Shown in pieces: positions 25,206 through 38,023 of a stretch of DNA of 64,000 bases. The position numbers and the translations under genes were made by a program. Positions within the stretch are counted from its first letter, which is position 1, and every line of letters starts with the position of its first letter. The notes under the pieces were generated by a model. It was given only the letters and a program-made list of their open reading frames with translations. It was not told the origin of the DNA and made no database searches. Origin of the DNA: Priapulus caudatus (Eukaryota); assembly GCF_000485595.1 (NCBI RefSeq), contig NW_014577077.1:94471-158470 (forward strand), read 5' to 3'.

Positions 25206-25685
25206 CTGAAAAAGGGTATTGATTATGTACAGCCAACTACAGGTTCAGTAGCTACGTACAGCTGTCAGCGCAACGGATACACAGAACACTAACAGAGCCG
25301 GCGACAGCAGCAGCATGCTGGGCTTTATACCAGCCACTCTACAAAAAGAAAAACAAAAGGATCATAACATACAGCAAACAACAGGAAAAAGTCCATGGAG
25401 GTACTAGTTAGGATTATTATTATTAATTAGGAGATAGACCGACAACATTAGCGTGAAAGGGTTAAAGTCCACGACTAACTTCGAATCACGTTTAGGAATA
25501 CGGACCCCCTACAATTTATATAAATTAAATTTTCAGTGGACCAGATAAACTGCAAATGTATAATAGAGCAAGCAATATTCATGAAACATCTACATAATTA
25601 TGCTGTCCTTTGTGGTTATACTATTTACATTGTAATTAATATTGATTACTTATGTAATATGTTACACATGTGCATATTTAATACA

Positions 25686-25727
<42 letters not shown>

Positions 25728-26706
25728 CAGTATCATTTTACTTTATGTAAGGTTGAGTTACGTAAAAATATGAATTGGGACAAGGCTTTCATAAAGAACG
25801 CTTGGATTGCGGTTCAAGTAAGGACTCCGTTTGCAAGCAAATTTCCCTACTAAACCAGGTACACCTACACATGCTAGTTAGCACACATCGTGCGCAAAAC
25901 CGTGAAATTGTGTGACTCTGACAAAAAACCGTCGGAGTAACGCGCCGAACCATAACAAATTCCTACTAGTGCCTTCACGAACGTATAAAATAGGGTTAAG
26001 CAACGAATTACATCCATTTCAAAAGAAGACAGAGAAGATAGAGTGGAAATCAAGAGCAGGCATAGAACCACATGAAGACCTTTTCACCTCAAACTAATTA
26101 CTGCCACACAATTACGCGACATTTTCAAGTAATAAATGAGCGGCTGGCTACACGTGCATGGCGACCGAAATGGCAGGCGGGTTTGCGGCACCTAATGTTT
26201 TAACAGTGTAGAGATACGTTAAATGTAGTAACACCTTACCAAGGTCACATTTGCCAGATCACAATGCCTAAAATTTGGAAGGTATTGCGCAAATAACCAA
26301 GAATGGTGAAAAGGTCTACAGACCAGCGATCTACACAAGGAGATGGAATGGTAAAAAACTTCAGGTGACAAAATTACGCAATATGATATCACGACAGCAG
26401 AACAACAGCATTCACAATTCATAACCCACCAATGAGCTATTTCAATAATAGCCACCTGTTGTAAATTTGTTTAGTATCCCTATATCATAATGCATTTCTT
26501 CTTTCAATGGAGATCTTCATAACAAAATGCTTGTGCAACGTGGCGTATGAATTGACAGCCAGCAGGTGAAAAACAAATTCGACAGATATTTGAACTCTCA
26601 ACCCCTCGTCATAAGAATGTCAGGTGCCACAAGGAGGTTATAGTCACTAATGACCAAAAACTATGATGAAACTACACAGGAATCTGAAGGATCTGCGTGT
26701 TGTTAC

Positions 26707-26739
26707 CTTTATTGAGTGGGACAGGCTTTGGTGCAATGT
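26707..26739 (-). CDS. SRCIN1: 33-nt phase 1-1 microexon (DIAPKPVPLNK)
   Basis: tctttctgttactttcag / AAG|gtaaca; open. Confidence 0.72.
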
Positions 26740-28036
26740 CTGAAAGTAACAGAAAGACGCAGTGAAGCAAATGCATGTACCTATACTAGCCTAATTACGC
26801 ACGAACAGACAGGGTACAGAACCGTGATAATGTTGTGTGATCCACATCCCTGGGTTCATTCCTGTTTACAGTGATCATGCATTCATGGTAGACATGCAAC
26901 ACGTTTGTATTATTGGTTGAAACTGAATTTTTACACGCGACTCACTTTAAATTGGCAGTACTCTCATACAGTAACGATTTGACCGAGTATTAATGCACAC
27001 ATCCCTTTAACATCGCAAACAGACAGGAGCTGGACATATTAAAGTCAAGTAATTTTACAAAAAAATCCCCAAATAACCTCGGAGGTGTAAATAAGGTAGA
27101 AACGACTGAAACTGAAGCCAAAGTAATGACAAAAATAGAAAACGACTCCACGACTTCCTCATCCTGCCTCCAGAAAAAAAGAGCAACCCTCGAACGAACA
27201 AATTGAAACCAAGCAGAGCAGCTTACAAAGCGACGGCCTTCTACCACACCAGAAAATGAATCATTCAAATAAAAATATCTCAAACTGTACGATACCATAT
27301 AACCGTACTTCACTTATAATATTTATACGCACGAATCATCACATTCTATATATATGCCATGCTCATGTTGAAAATTGTTATTACTTTCCCAAATCCAATA
27401 CATACGCTCAACAAACCCTCAGTTTATCAAAGAGCTATCAGTTTCTAAGCATAGTAGTAAAAATGGAAATAGAAACCAAACAATGCAGAAATACACGCAT
27501 TCATTTGCTGAAAGCAATGATGAATTAAACCTGAATTGACATGCAAACAGCTTTATTGCACGGGCCTATAGTGCTTTCTCTTACATACGCGAAAACGCCT
27601 TTTACATCTTCAGTATCATTGTGTATTCAACGTGTATAACTGCCTCAGAAATACTGAACCTATTTATCATAGACTTATGCCAACACGTATAAACTCTAGA
27701 AAATGCGCATAGCACATGTTCTATTAATGCACGTATTTCATCCAATACTGGGTTGTTTCGACCGAAAACTAAAAAAAATCAAGCTCTACATACAACATAA
27801 TCCTTGAAATGCTGTAACGTAAAAGATACTTGTAAAATATCTGAGTCACTGAAGCACAAATTGAGCACAATCATTGACTATTTCAATGTTAAATTATAAC
27901 AATAAGCCGAAAATAAATAATAAATTAAGCAAACTAAAAAAAAAGAAGATTCTACAGAAAAATCACCACAAGTCAAGATTGCATTAAAAATTCAAGAAGC
28001 TACTAATGCAGTGCGTGTTAGCTAGCGGTTAGTCAC

Positions 28037-28123
28037 CTGTGGTTTGCTGAGCAGTGTTAACATCAAGTTTGGCACCAGGGGGCAGAGATTTAGATTTCTC
28101 TTTAACAATCTCCATTGAATATA
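28037..28123 (-). CDS. SRCIN1: 87-nt phase 1-1 exon (LYSMEIVKEKSKSLPPGAKLDVNTAQQTT)
   Basis: actaactagcattgcttctgttgcag / CAG|gtgact; open. Confidence 0.75.
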
Positions 28124-29581
28124 CTGCAACAGAAGCAATGCTAGTTAGTGGGCATGCAACCCTACTAAAACAGACTACTAAAAAGCAGTGTTAGTGAAAA
28201 TAAATCAAGAGTGCGGCATATCTGTATGAGTTTCTCCACATCATCTCGCCAGACAAAACACATACTACAATGTAAATCAAGCAGACGAGACAATGTAATG
28301 TCTATTCGTGTGCAGTGAATCCCAATGTGGATTCAATACACTCGAGCAGCTGTGTTTCATATATCTGTAGTAATTATTTGGGGTTTCTTCGAGAGCACAA
28401 ACAACTACTTTTTTTAAAAGGTAATCACATTTCATTACTTGTTAATCTACTAGTGGCTAACAATAATTTCAGCAATTAGAAAGCGCCATATAACACCGAC
28501 GTGTAGCAATCAGCAAACAGTAGACAGCCCGGAGGGACGGATGGACGGACAGACAGACAGATAGCCAGACATGACAGACCGAAGGCCAGATATGTAAGAT
28601 CTATTTTGCAGGAAGAGGCATGACAACACTAGACCTACTTCAACGGAAACATGAATGCATATCACACTTGAAAGGCCAGTCTGACAAAAGAAAATATTCT
28701 CGCCTTCGAAGATTACTCCGAATTCCTATCCGTATAACGGTGGGCTTTTTGCACATTGTATTGCAATCCCACTCCACAAATTCCACCGAACATTTCCATT
28801 TTACACACCAATGTACGTATTACCTCGCACACAGTAACACATCAGGACTCATCCGAGTGGAAAATTGTCCCCGAGAACAGCGGCTATTTCTGTAGGATTA
28901 AGTATTAGCATGAACCAAGTTCCTCAGTGCTTAGTCTACTCAAGATGATTATTTGTCAGCTCTGCTTGTGTGTGATAGCATTACAGGGAACATACAAACA
29001 GAATATTAGCATTTCACTACAATGACTGAGGTAGAGAAGCCATGTGTAAAAAAATTTAGAACAAATTGAAAGCTTACATTATAAGAATGTGTGTACGTTT
29101 TCCTGTTTGTGCGTGCGTGCGTACGTGTGTGCGTGTATGGCAAATGACAACTTGAATAACGTCTTATAATATATCAGTAAAGCACGTGTCTGTATAGCTC
29201 TTTGTTGATGCTATTAATTAACAGCCGATTAAAAGCGAATACGTATTAATGAGGTAATCATATATCTTAATGGTATTTGCTTGTGAATTATATGTTATGC
29301 AAATGATTGGCTGTAGTAGCTTGTACGATCCTATCGCCACTATAGGAAAACGGGCACTTCACAATACATAATCACGCTTCTACTAAACTGGAAGGAATTC
29401 TCAATAATGTACCAATTAGGAAGGTAAATGTTTTAGTCGCAATCGCAAGCTTCAAAAAATATTAACGTGTTAATTGGGTCATAAAGCAGCAGTTTTTAAT
29501 TGCCATTAGCAGATTATTAATGTGAGTAGCAGGGTCCACTCCATTTCGGCAGGCACGTGCTAATATATAAGCCGAACTTAC

Positions 29582-29823
29582 AGCTCGAGACAGACTGAGA
29601 CCTGTAATCAGAGGTGAGGAGACCAGGAAGACTCTGCACGCTGGAACTGCGGGAATAGCCACCAGGGGGCCATGGTGGCACCTGCAGTGGCTCCAGACTT
29701 AAGTTAATTTCCACACCTTCTGAGCCGGGAGCCTCTAGTGGGCTCAGCGAGCCCTTGGTAAGTGCCGTGTGCACAAGGCCAGTAAGGTCAGCTAGTTTCT
29801 TCTCCATGCTTTCAACCCTGAAC
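29582..29823 (-). CDS. SRCIN1: SRCIN1-like exon (FRVESMEKKLADLTGLVHTALTKG...SQSVSS), phase 2-1
   Basis: ttttgcag / T|gtaagt. R...ME..LA.LTGLV..AL family motif. Confidence 0.9.
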
Positions 29824-30271
29824 CTGCAAAAATTCAGATCACAATTACACTCACTTGCATATCAAACCAATTTTCGAAGATCAACTTGAACTTTCGTGCT
29901 TACTACTTTTGTGTTTGCTATGAATGCACTCTTGAAATCATGCACATAAAAGTCATAGAAATTATATACCAAAACCGGTGATAGGGTCAATATATCATTA
30001 AAAAGATGTTAAACAGCTTTACGTTCTATAGAAGTAGTAATTAAGCTTGCGATGTATTCCTGTATGGCACAGTTGTGACCCAGTGATGTCAATTAGTGAT
30101 TTAGCGGAAGGAATTTTCAGGCATTAAAATGCAAATTACATTCTACCAAACAGAATTTATTAGCTTATAACAGCATGTAAGCTTAGGGCAATTAGCTGTA
30201 GCAAGTGGCTGTATTCTTGCCATCTCATAGAAAACTGAAATCTAATAAAATGCACAAAACTCTCTTTATAC

Positions 30272-30455
30272 CTTGCTTCTTCATCAACTATTCTTGGGGT
30301 GACACTGCCAGAGCGTGACCCAGAGCGCTGGGGAGATATGTAACCCTGTGGGGCTGGGGGACGTTGCAACCCATGCGACTCAAACCAAACTGCCGTAGTC
30401 TGAGAAGGAGCCGTGCCTCGTGGTAGTGAAGCAGCAGTTGGGTACTGCTGCGTGA
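30272..30455 (-). CDS. SRCIN1: SRCIN1-like exon (TQQYPTAASLPRG...SGSRSGSVTPRIVDEEAR), phase 1-2
   Basis: ctgttacag / AG|gtataa; in frame. Confidence 0.87.
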
Positions 30456-30708
30456 CTGTAACAGAGATAACAGCAACTACAACCACATTTCAGAAAAAGA
30501 AATGCCATTTTGTCAAAATATGAAGTAAATGGTTTAGCACGTCGGGAGACATATCAAGATACACGTTTCTTACATGATGGACCACATCCTTTTGGTTTGG
30601 CAGCATCACCGAGCACAGCAGCATAACAGTGCGTAGAGAGATGTTAACTAGATGAGGCATCGTTACTTATTGATGTCTGGTTAGCACAGAGTTACTAGTT
30701 GTAGTTAC

Positions 30709-30840
30709 CTGGCTGTGGCTGAGTAGTGACTGGAGGAGGCAGGATTCCTTGTGGAGTGGTACGAGGCATTTGTTGTGCTCTCGCTGGTTTAGGAGGTGCT
30801 GGTGCTTGTGCCCCTCGGGGCTGAAGCTGACCATAAAAAC
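30709..30840 (-). CDS. SRCIN1: SRCIN1-like proline-rich exon (GFYGQLQPRGAQAPAPPKPARAQQ...TQPQP), phase 1-1
   Basis: ttttttag / CAG|gtaact; 132 nt, open. Confidence 0.82.
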
Positions 30841-31007
30841 CTAAAAAATTATAACAACCTTATTGATATATCACACACTAACTCTGAAATTGCGCTATGC
30901 AATAAAAATGCATTCCCTTACACAGATAAGGTCAAGCAAAATCTGGCAACAACAACCTAGAATCACCAGATCACCAAGGTATATGACTTACTGTTATCAG
31001 CTATACG

Positions 31008-31313
31008 CAAGGGCGTAGCCAGGAATTTGGATTGGGGGGGGGGTCCTCGAGCGAGTAACAAGGGGGGTCTGGTCATCTGGAATTTTTTTTTTAGTTAAAT
31101 GTAAAAATAGTGCTTTAAAATCAATTTATATGCTGTTTTGTTGACAATAATATTTCTTCTGCAGCTCTACAACGACACCTATTCGATAACGACAACTACA
31201 CGCTTTTAAGAGAAAAAACTTTAAGAGAAAAGGGAATTTTTTTTTTTTGGATTTTGATTTTGATTGGGGGGTCCTAGGGCCCCCAGGACACCCCCCCCCT
31301 GGCTACGCGCTTG
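31008..31313. mobile_element. hAT-family MITE, 306 bp, intronic
   Basis: TIR caagggcgtagccagg / cctggctacgcgcttg (1 mismatch). Perfect 8-bp TSD gctatacg at 31000-31007 and 31314-31321. Confidence 0.9.
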
Positions 31314-31359
31314 GCTATACGCACTGAGTTCACGTGACAACGTGCGAGTTCACGATTAC

Positions 31360-31580
31360 CTGAAGATTGGCTAACAGATGTTGGAGGCTGTGGAACTGGT
31401 GCTCGCACAGTATAAGGTTGCGATCGAGCAACTGACGTCTTGTGCACATGCTGTGACTGGTAATTACTGTCAAACTCTGGCTCAGAGAAGTAGTTCAGGT
31501 CATCGGGCGGTTGCAAAGGTTCCTCAATGTCTCCTGAGCCACGATCATGAATACGAAGCAGGCACCTGTCTTTGATATCA
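31360..31580 (-). CDS. SRCIN1: SRCIN1-like exon (DIKDRCLLRIHD...DLNYFSEPEFD...VSQSS), phase 2-1
   Basis: tgttgtag / CAG|gtaatc. Continues the FYELDD|.DIKDR..L.I motif. Confidence 0.88.
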
Positions 31581-34046
31581 CTACAACAGCAAATGTATTA
31601 CACCGAATGCAAATGTCACTTCAACGCTATCGTTTACCCTCTTTTTTAGAAATAAATTATTGAAAGCATCTCAGCCCTTTGATTAACGTTCTACAGTAGA
31701 CATTCCCTGATGTATACAGACGATTGCATTCATGCATATACACAATTCCAATTGTAACTGTATGGGTTTGCATCGCATCATCGGAATCTCTGATGGAGTG
31801 TGCTTCTAGTTGTGCCCAACTTATAATCAGATAAATCCAGATTATTGTCGTTTATAATATGCTCTTCTATCCATGTCATTATTTCAAAATACATCATTAA
31901 TGTGATATCACTGATAACAATTTGCATTGTTGTTACTTTCCCACATAATTACGGTACCCACAATTATTGGCCATACAATAGATGTTGATGTTCAATAGCA
32001 GGGAATTGTTCTTATTTTGGTTCTTGACGTTGGAAAAATCGGCCCTTCTCACTGTTCTCAGCCATGTTGATGACTGCTCAGGAAACCAAGCTTGAGGGCA
32101 TTTCGTGTAAAAATCCATAGCAAAGCTTGTCTTACACATTTGCAGATGACATGCTGTGAGTAGCTTGTTTTAGTCAGCTACTTACAGGTCTCAAGTATTT
32201 AAGTAGGGCCTACATATTATACAGGAATATTACAAAGGAGCTATTACGTAAAAAAATTGAAACTATCTACAGCCAGCTGAAGAATCTACAAGTTTATAGC
32301 AGCTATAAAGTATAGTATACTAAAGTATATAGATTTAAGAGATGCCTGAATGATGTGAGACTAGCCATATGTGTGCTAGCCATGTAGACTAGCCATGTGA
32401 GACTACCAGATGTGTGTGCCCTAAACGTTCAGGGTAAGAAGCAGCTTGACTGAAGCCACTACCATCAGCTCAAGTGGTCCGTGTAGATGTGTAAACATGC
32501 AGACGTATTAATATGCCATTATGTTGTATTATTCATACACATGTTGTTATCATCTAATCTGGCATGTAATTCAATCAAGATGAATCATTGAGTTGATATG
32601 CGATGTAATATCGATTTATGTCCTGCCAACCAGCAAAAGAATTGCGGACTGATCAGTATGTAAAATGCGCAGCAAGCTACTATAACCAATCCGCCAAGCT
32701 AATCGAGCTGGCGAATGGTAGAACGGTAGCAACGGTAAAGAATAATGTCAATTTTGTAATCACAACCATAACAAGGGGGCAACTTTCGTTTAAATGGTTT
32801 CACAACAGAAATGTAACTACATGTTAACTGCAGCTAGCCGGTATCAGCATGCCATAATCAGTAGTAACGAATACGTCAGACAAAGTAAGAAGATTTTAGA
32901 GCAGCAGTAGTAAGAGATAAGCCAATAGAGCTACAGGAATTCATGCGTTAATATCACAAAAATATAACAATTCGTTTAGCTTATAGAGTGTAATGTGTGA
33001 GTGACATAAATCAACATTCAGTAAACTGATGTTGCTTTACGGCACACGCGCCTATAGCAGATGTAATAATTCACTATAGAATAGGCTTTGAGGTTCTCCT
33101 TAACGAGGTTAGAGATAACTGTAGCTGAAGAGTTGTGAAAAAGATTTCACAGATTCCCACGTGTATTATAGCTATCCATTTATTCCAGTTAATTTACCTG
33201 AATAATAAGATCATTCTACATTAATATCTTAAAAGAATATCATATTAAAATTCTCGTGCATATACTGCAGCAATTGCTTCATTGATATGTGCATTATCAC
33301 ATCATAGGTATAGCAACCTAATGAAAGCACATACAATAAATGATAAACAGTTTGATAATAATGAGAAGAAACCGTGCACTATATATTACCGAAGTTTTCC
33401 TGAGTCCACACTACAAAGCAAAGAAAGGAAAACTTTTCAGACAAAATCCAAAAATCTTTGTCACTCCCACACAGAAATACAACAAGACAACATGTAATTT
33501 CTATGCAGCTAACCATCCGTATAATCCATGACAACCTTGTATTATGAAATAGAAACATGTGCCAATTTCACCTTGATAACTTGAGAATACCCTCAAAAAT
33601 TAAAACTGATGCAAAGCAACACATATTTGCATGAAATTTCGCAACAAACATATAATGTATATTTATGCGGATGACAGGTAAATATCGTACATTACTAACG
33701 ATATTGTTAGTTTATGTGAATATTGTCATCACTCGGCAAGTAAAAATAAACGGCCATTACTTGGTGAGTCGAAGCAAATTTCTCACTACAGCCGCCAACA
33801 AATACATGTGGATGACACTTGACTAGTAAATTGAGTAACCAAAAGATATCACTCATCAGCAAGGAAACACGTTAGTTACAGGGATGGGAACATATCACCC
33901 ACAGTGATAACATATACTAAAAAATAAATATTTTGTTCCCCTGACAAAACTGTGATTATAGGTCTGCCTGATTTCCCAACCATGCAGACTCTTCAATTGA
34001 CAGAGCTGTTCATTGTTTTCAAATCAGTGTCAATTCAGATGATTAC

Positions 34047-34248
34047 CTAATGTCATCCAACTCATAGAAAACGTCTTTTGTGTTGAAGTCGTGGATGTAT
34101 ATGCAACGGTTGGGGTCCTCCAGATACTCCATCGTCAGTTTCTTTGGCCACGCACGCACAAATAGCGCTCGGACGGTGTCCACTGACGTGATCTCGTTGG
34201 GTAAAAGTGCCCGCTTTGTTTCATTTTTAAATTGCAAAAAGACAACAC
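34047..34248 (-). CDS. SRCIN1: SRCIN1-like exon (GVVFLQFKNETKRALLPNEITSVDTVRALFVRAWP...KDVFYELDDI), phase 1-2
   Basis: ttgcag / AG|gtaatc. Hallmark GV.FLQ...ETK....PNEITS.DT.RALFV.A.P block of SRCIN1/KIAA1217. Confidence 0.95.
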
Positions 34249-36142
34249 CTGCAATGGCAAAAAGACACTCTAGAGGTGTGGACCAACTTATTACCAACAA
34301 CTTGTGTAGAAATTAATTAAACCAAAGCACAGGTGTTGTTATTTTCACATCCACGTGCACATCTGCTAGCTAACTGCCACAGACAGCTTGACGGCTCTAG
34401 AGTGTAACTTGTATTCGCCCAAAACTGGAAAATAAATATTAAGTTCAAGTATGCGGCAATGCATTATAATAAAACACCAGCCTCGGACAAGTGACTCATA
34501 AGTTAATAAATCTCGCAATAAGTGATCAATTGCAACTTTTCCCAAAATCTAATTAATCAAAAATGTCCTGGATAGCCTTCAATAAAGTGCCTATCTAACG
34601 GCAGAATGGATATAATAAAGCCGACACGAGGACGATCAAAAATCCTGTGAAAATTGATTTTGAGTGGCAGAACATAAGTGTTCGCTGAAATACCCTTCAG
34701 AAAGAGTAATGTGCTCGTCTATAATAGCAGATAACACAATGTGCTGTCACAATGACTCCACCACCTCCTAATTATGTGTTCTCCATCGCATTCTCAAGAT
34801 ACAATCATATAATGTTCTTTCCCGATTAAACCCAGTCTGCCCCATTTGGGGGAGTTGTTACTATGGAAAATCTTACGACAGCTAGATACAAAATCTGCAC
34901 GGTAAACATACTTATGCAGCATAACATGATGAAGTTCCTTAATTATTTCAGAATACACTATTCATAGTTTAATCCTTTGTGTGAAAGCACGTCCATGTGT
35001 TCCTGTATGTGTACCGTTGTATCTAAATTAGTGCATGCGTGTGTGAGCGTGTACATGTGCGCGTACATGCGTGTGCGTGCGTGCGTGCGTGCACGCGTAC
35101 GTCTACAAATATGCGTTCGTGTGCGGACACGTGCTTCAGCAAGTAGCGTGTGCGCGTGTGTGCAAATGCGTTTGTATCCGTGTAAAACTATATGCAGCAC
35201 ACCTTTCTTCGTCACTTGCGGATGCACGACACGCTTGACAGTCAGCGATCTAAAGGCAGGGCTTCGTTTTAATGGCATCTCAGCCGTGAACGCCAAGTAT
35301 CGACGATGCTATTCACGAAAACTTTACGCCATCGCGTCACACTCGAATGTCTGGCTAGCACATACTATCTCCATGTACCGGCAGTCGTAAACACCGTCAC
35401 AATTACACCGCTTGTGATCCACCTACTACTGCACGATGTACACGCATGTCCCGACTATATCTGGTTTGCAGAAATCTGTCTGTGGCCGTTCCATACATAC
35501 TGTGAAGGGGCGTACAGCAAGGTTATCTCACACGTTCAGAAGGGTTGCAGAGCAAAAATGCGGCGAAAGATCAGTACATCGGGGTGGGAATGCACCCCCA
35601 GTGATATGGCGAGGTCGACCGAAGGCACGGTTGAATGAGAATGGAATTCTAACTGCTTCCCGGGAACATAAAACCAACAAGGCACAACATGTGGTCCAGA
35701 ATATTCCGCACCGATTGGCTTCCCGGTGCTGGCGACAGACTGGCTCTATCAGCAAGCACTATGACGCCCATCCCCGCGTGGGAAGGCACATAAATATCGC
35801 TGCCACGATACGCTTAAGGCATAAGGTTAGACAGAGGTGCATCTTGTTCACTGTACACTTAGATCGCCCGAAGTGGCAATGAGCGCACAAAAAGCGCAGC
35901 GAGATGGAGAAGTTGCGCAATACCAATGCCAAGCCGTCTAGCTACCCATGCAGAGATGCACGCATTCCACCGCCAAATCTAGGATATGCTTCATCCTAAT
36001 TATAGAGTACAACCCAATTACGAAGCAGTCACTATATTAAGCTGCATTCAAACTAGAAGTGGCTGTAAGAACCTCTTAGTGAAACCACTTAATCCTGCGT
36101 AATTTGCGCATCACAGAGTCATAGAAGTCAATAAACATTTAC

Positions 36143-36308
36143 CGAGTGGTCTCTCCAGCGTCTTGGAAGGGCTACGGACAATAGGGAGAGAGGATCTGGC
36201 CTTGGCTCCCCGGCGGAAGCCAGTGGCGCTGGTCTCAGCCTCCGACATCATACCAGGATCATCGTCTCCAAGAGGACTCTTCTTCGTGGGAAGCGTTGTT
36301 GGTCGTTC
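36143..36308 (-). CDS. SRCIN1: SRCIN1-like exon (ERPTTLP...MSEAETSATGFRRGAKARSSLPIVRSPSKTLERPL), phase 0-1
   Basis: atgcag / G|gtaaat. MSE.....F.RG...R.SLP.VRS...T.ER.L family motif. Confidence 0.92.
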
Positions 36309-37251
36309 CTGCATGTACAACCAGCAGATGAAAGTAATGTGAGGTGTGTCAATCAGACGCTAGGCTATGGCTATGGCGCTAGTTTAACTGCCATGCAGGC
36401 ATGACATGGGTATAACATGTGGCTAGTGGATGGCCTACAATTTCTCGCTACAATCTATCCATAGAGTGTCCAAAGTGTTACGCATTGGTGGAATACATTG
36501 GGATGGTTCGTATCACGTTAAGATGAAGTCAATTTTAATTTCAAGGGTAAAGTGGCAATAGCCGCAAACCACTATATAGCCCCTTATTACTGCACAGTCA
36601 TACACGAACACAAACCACGAATGTAAACATAAGGTCTTTAACATCTGTACTAGCGTGTGGTGCAGATTGTCGACGCGAAACAAAACTGCAACCCCAGTAC
36701 GTGGCGGAGTGCGTAAGAAAACATCGCAAGGCATGTTGTTTTTTACAGCCGACCCAGGTTCGCCAGGCATTCTTTTTTCGCAGCAGTGCCGAGTTAAATA
36801 TTTTAAGTAGGTCTGGAGGTTGATGCACACGTAAGCAGAAAGCAGAGTGCTGATACAGTATGAGGCGTAAAATGGGTGTATATTTTAACGCCAGAACGAA
36901 AAAAACATTTTTACTGCCACGCATGATTCCTGGGGATAGCCTTCTAGAAATTAACGTAAGCAGGAAAACTCTTTTTTAACCATGAAGTTTGGCTTGCCTA
37001 GATTTTATAGGGAGTTTATGCCTCATGGTTTTTGATCGTTTTACTCAACGAAATTGAGTGAGAACTAGAAATATATACTTAGAGGTGAGTGAAGACCCAA
37101 ATATTTACCGTAAACTGAGATTTGTGTACACTATCACGGCCTCACACAGTGATTGCTTTTTTTGAACAATTACTTGAATTAAGCAGTATAAGCATACAAA
37201 AAAACACAATTTCACTGCAAACTATATAATAGAAAAAGATAGGCCATCTAC

Positions 37252-37374
37252 CTGTTTTTTAGATTTGCTACCCAGGCTAGTCGGACTGCTATCGGCAGAT
37301 TTTGAATCCATGAAGCTAGCATAATTGTATTTTCTTTGTAGATTCTCGAAGAATGCCTCTCTCTCCTCCTCTGC
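37252..37374 (-). CDS. SRCIN1: SRCIN1-like exon (AEEEREAFFENLQRKYNYASFMDSKSADSSPTSLGSKSKKQ), phase 0-0
   Basis: ccacag / CAG|gtagat. REAF.E.L..KY motif. The ORF track shows a different frame here. Confidence 0.85.
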
Positions 37375-37724
37375 CTGTGGGTAAAGAAACACAGATTGCA
37401 TATATTATAGATTTTGTTAAGCAAAGAGTATAAATAACATAGGGCATAGCAAATCAATGAAATAAAGGACAAAAAACGGAAACACAGAATCTTGCAATAT
37501 AAGGATGAACCCACATGCTAGAGGTGTTTGATAACATGTAATGGCAAAACATAAACACCTATTGCGAGATCAACGGCTGTTTAAATGCTTTACAGACTGT
37601 GTGCAAATGAAAATGATTAGGTACTTTTAATGTATTTTTGATACAACTAAGGGTTTAACGACAGGGCCTATATTAGGTTTTCACCATAAATTCCAAATAA
37701 TGAGAAGTAACAATAAGTTTTTAC

Positions 37725-38023
37725 CTTATCCTTTGGCTTCTCAGTTGAATTAGATCCTGGGTTATTTTTTGGTTTATGCGTGGAGTTTACAGGATTGGTT
37801 GGCCATGCCTTTGGAAAATCAATCGCAGCCTTTGCACCTGCGTTGTGGTCCATTTCAGAAGCTTCTGTCGCCGTAGCGATGATATCATTTACCTCATCTT
37901 CAGACGCGGGTTGGCGCCGTGTCGGATCCCGTTGTACTACCTCACCACTTAGGGGTGTTACGTGGTTTGCATGCTTGCTGTTAGCATCCGCTGAGTCTGT
38001 GACAGGAAGCGCACCAGTCGGGC
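37725..38023 (-). CDS. SRCIN1: SRCIN1-like 5'-most confident exon (GPTGALPV...QRDPTRRQPASEDEV...EKPKDK), phase 1-0
   Basis: ctttcttacag / AAG|gtaaaa; 299 nt open, in frame with 37374. Confidence 0.75.

Noticed and set aside
26240..26315. Possible extra exon with gtaagg donor
   Set aside because: 76- or 28-nt versions shift the frame and contain an in-frame TGA.
35306..35882. Overlapping 110- and 148-aa ORFs in an intron
   Set aside because: No motifs; not phase-linked to the gene model.
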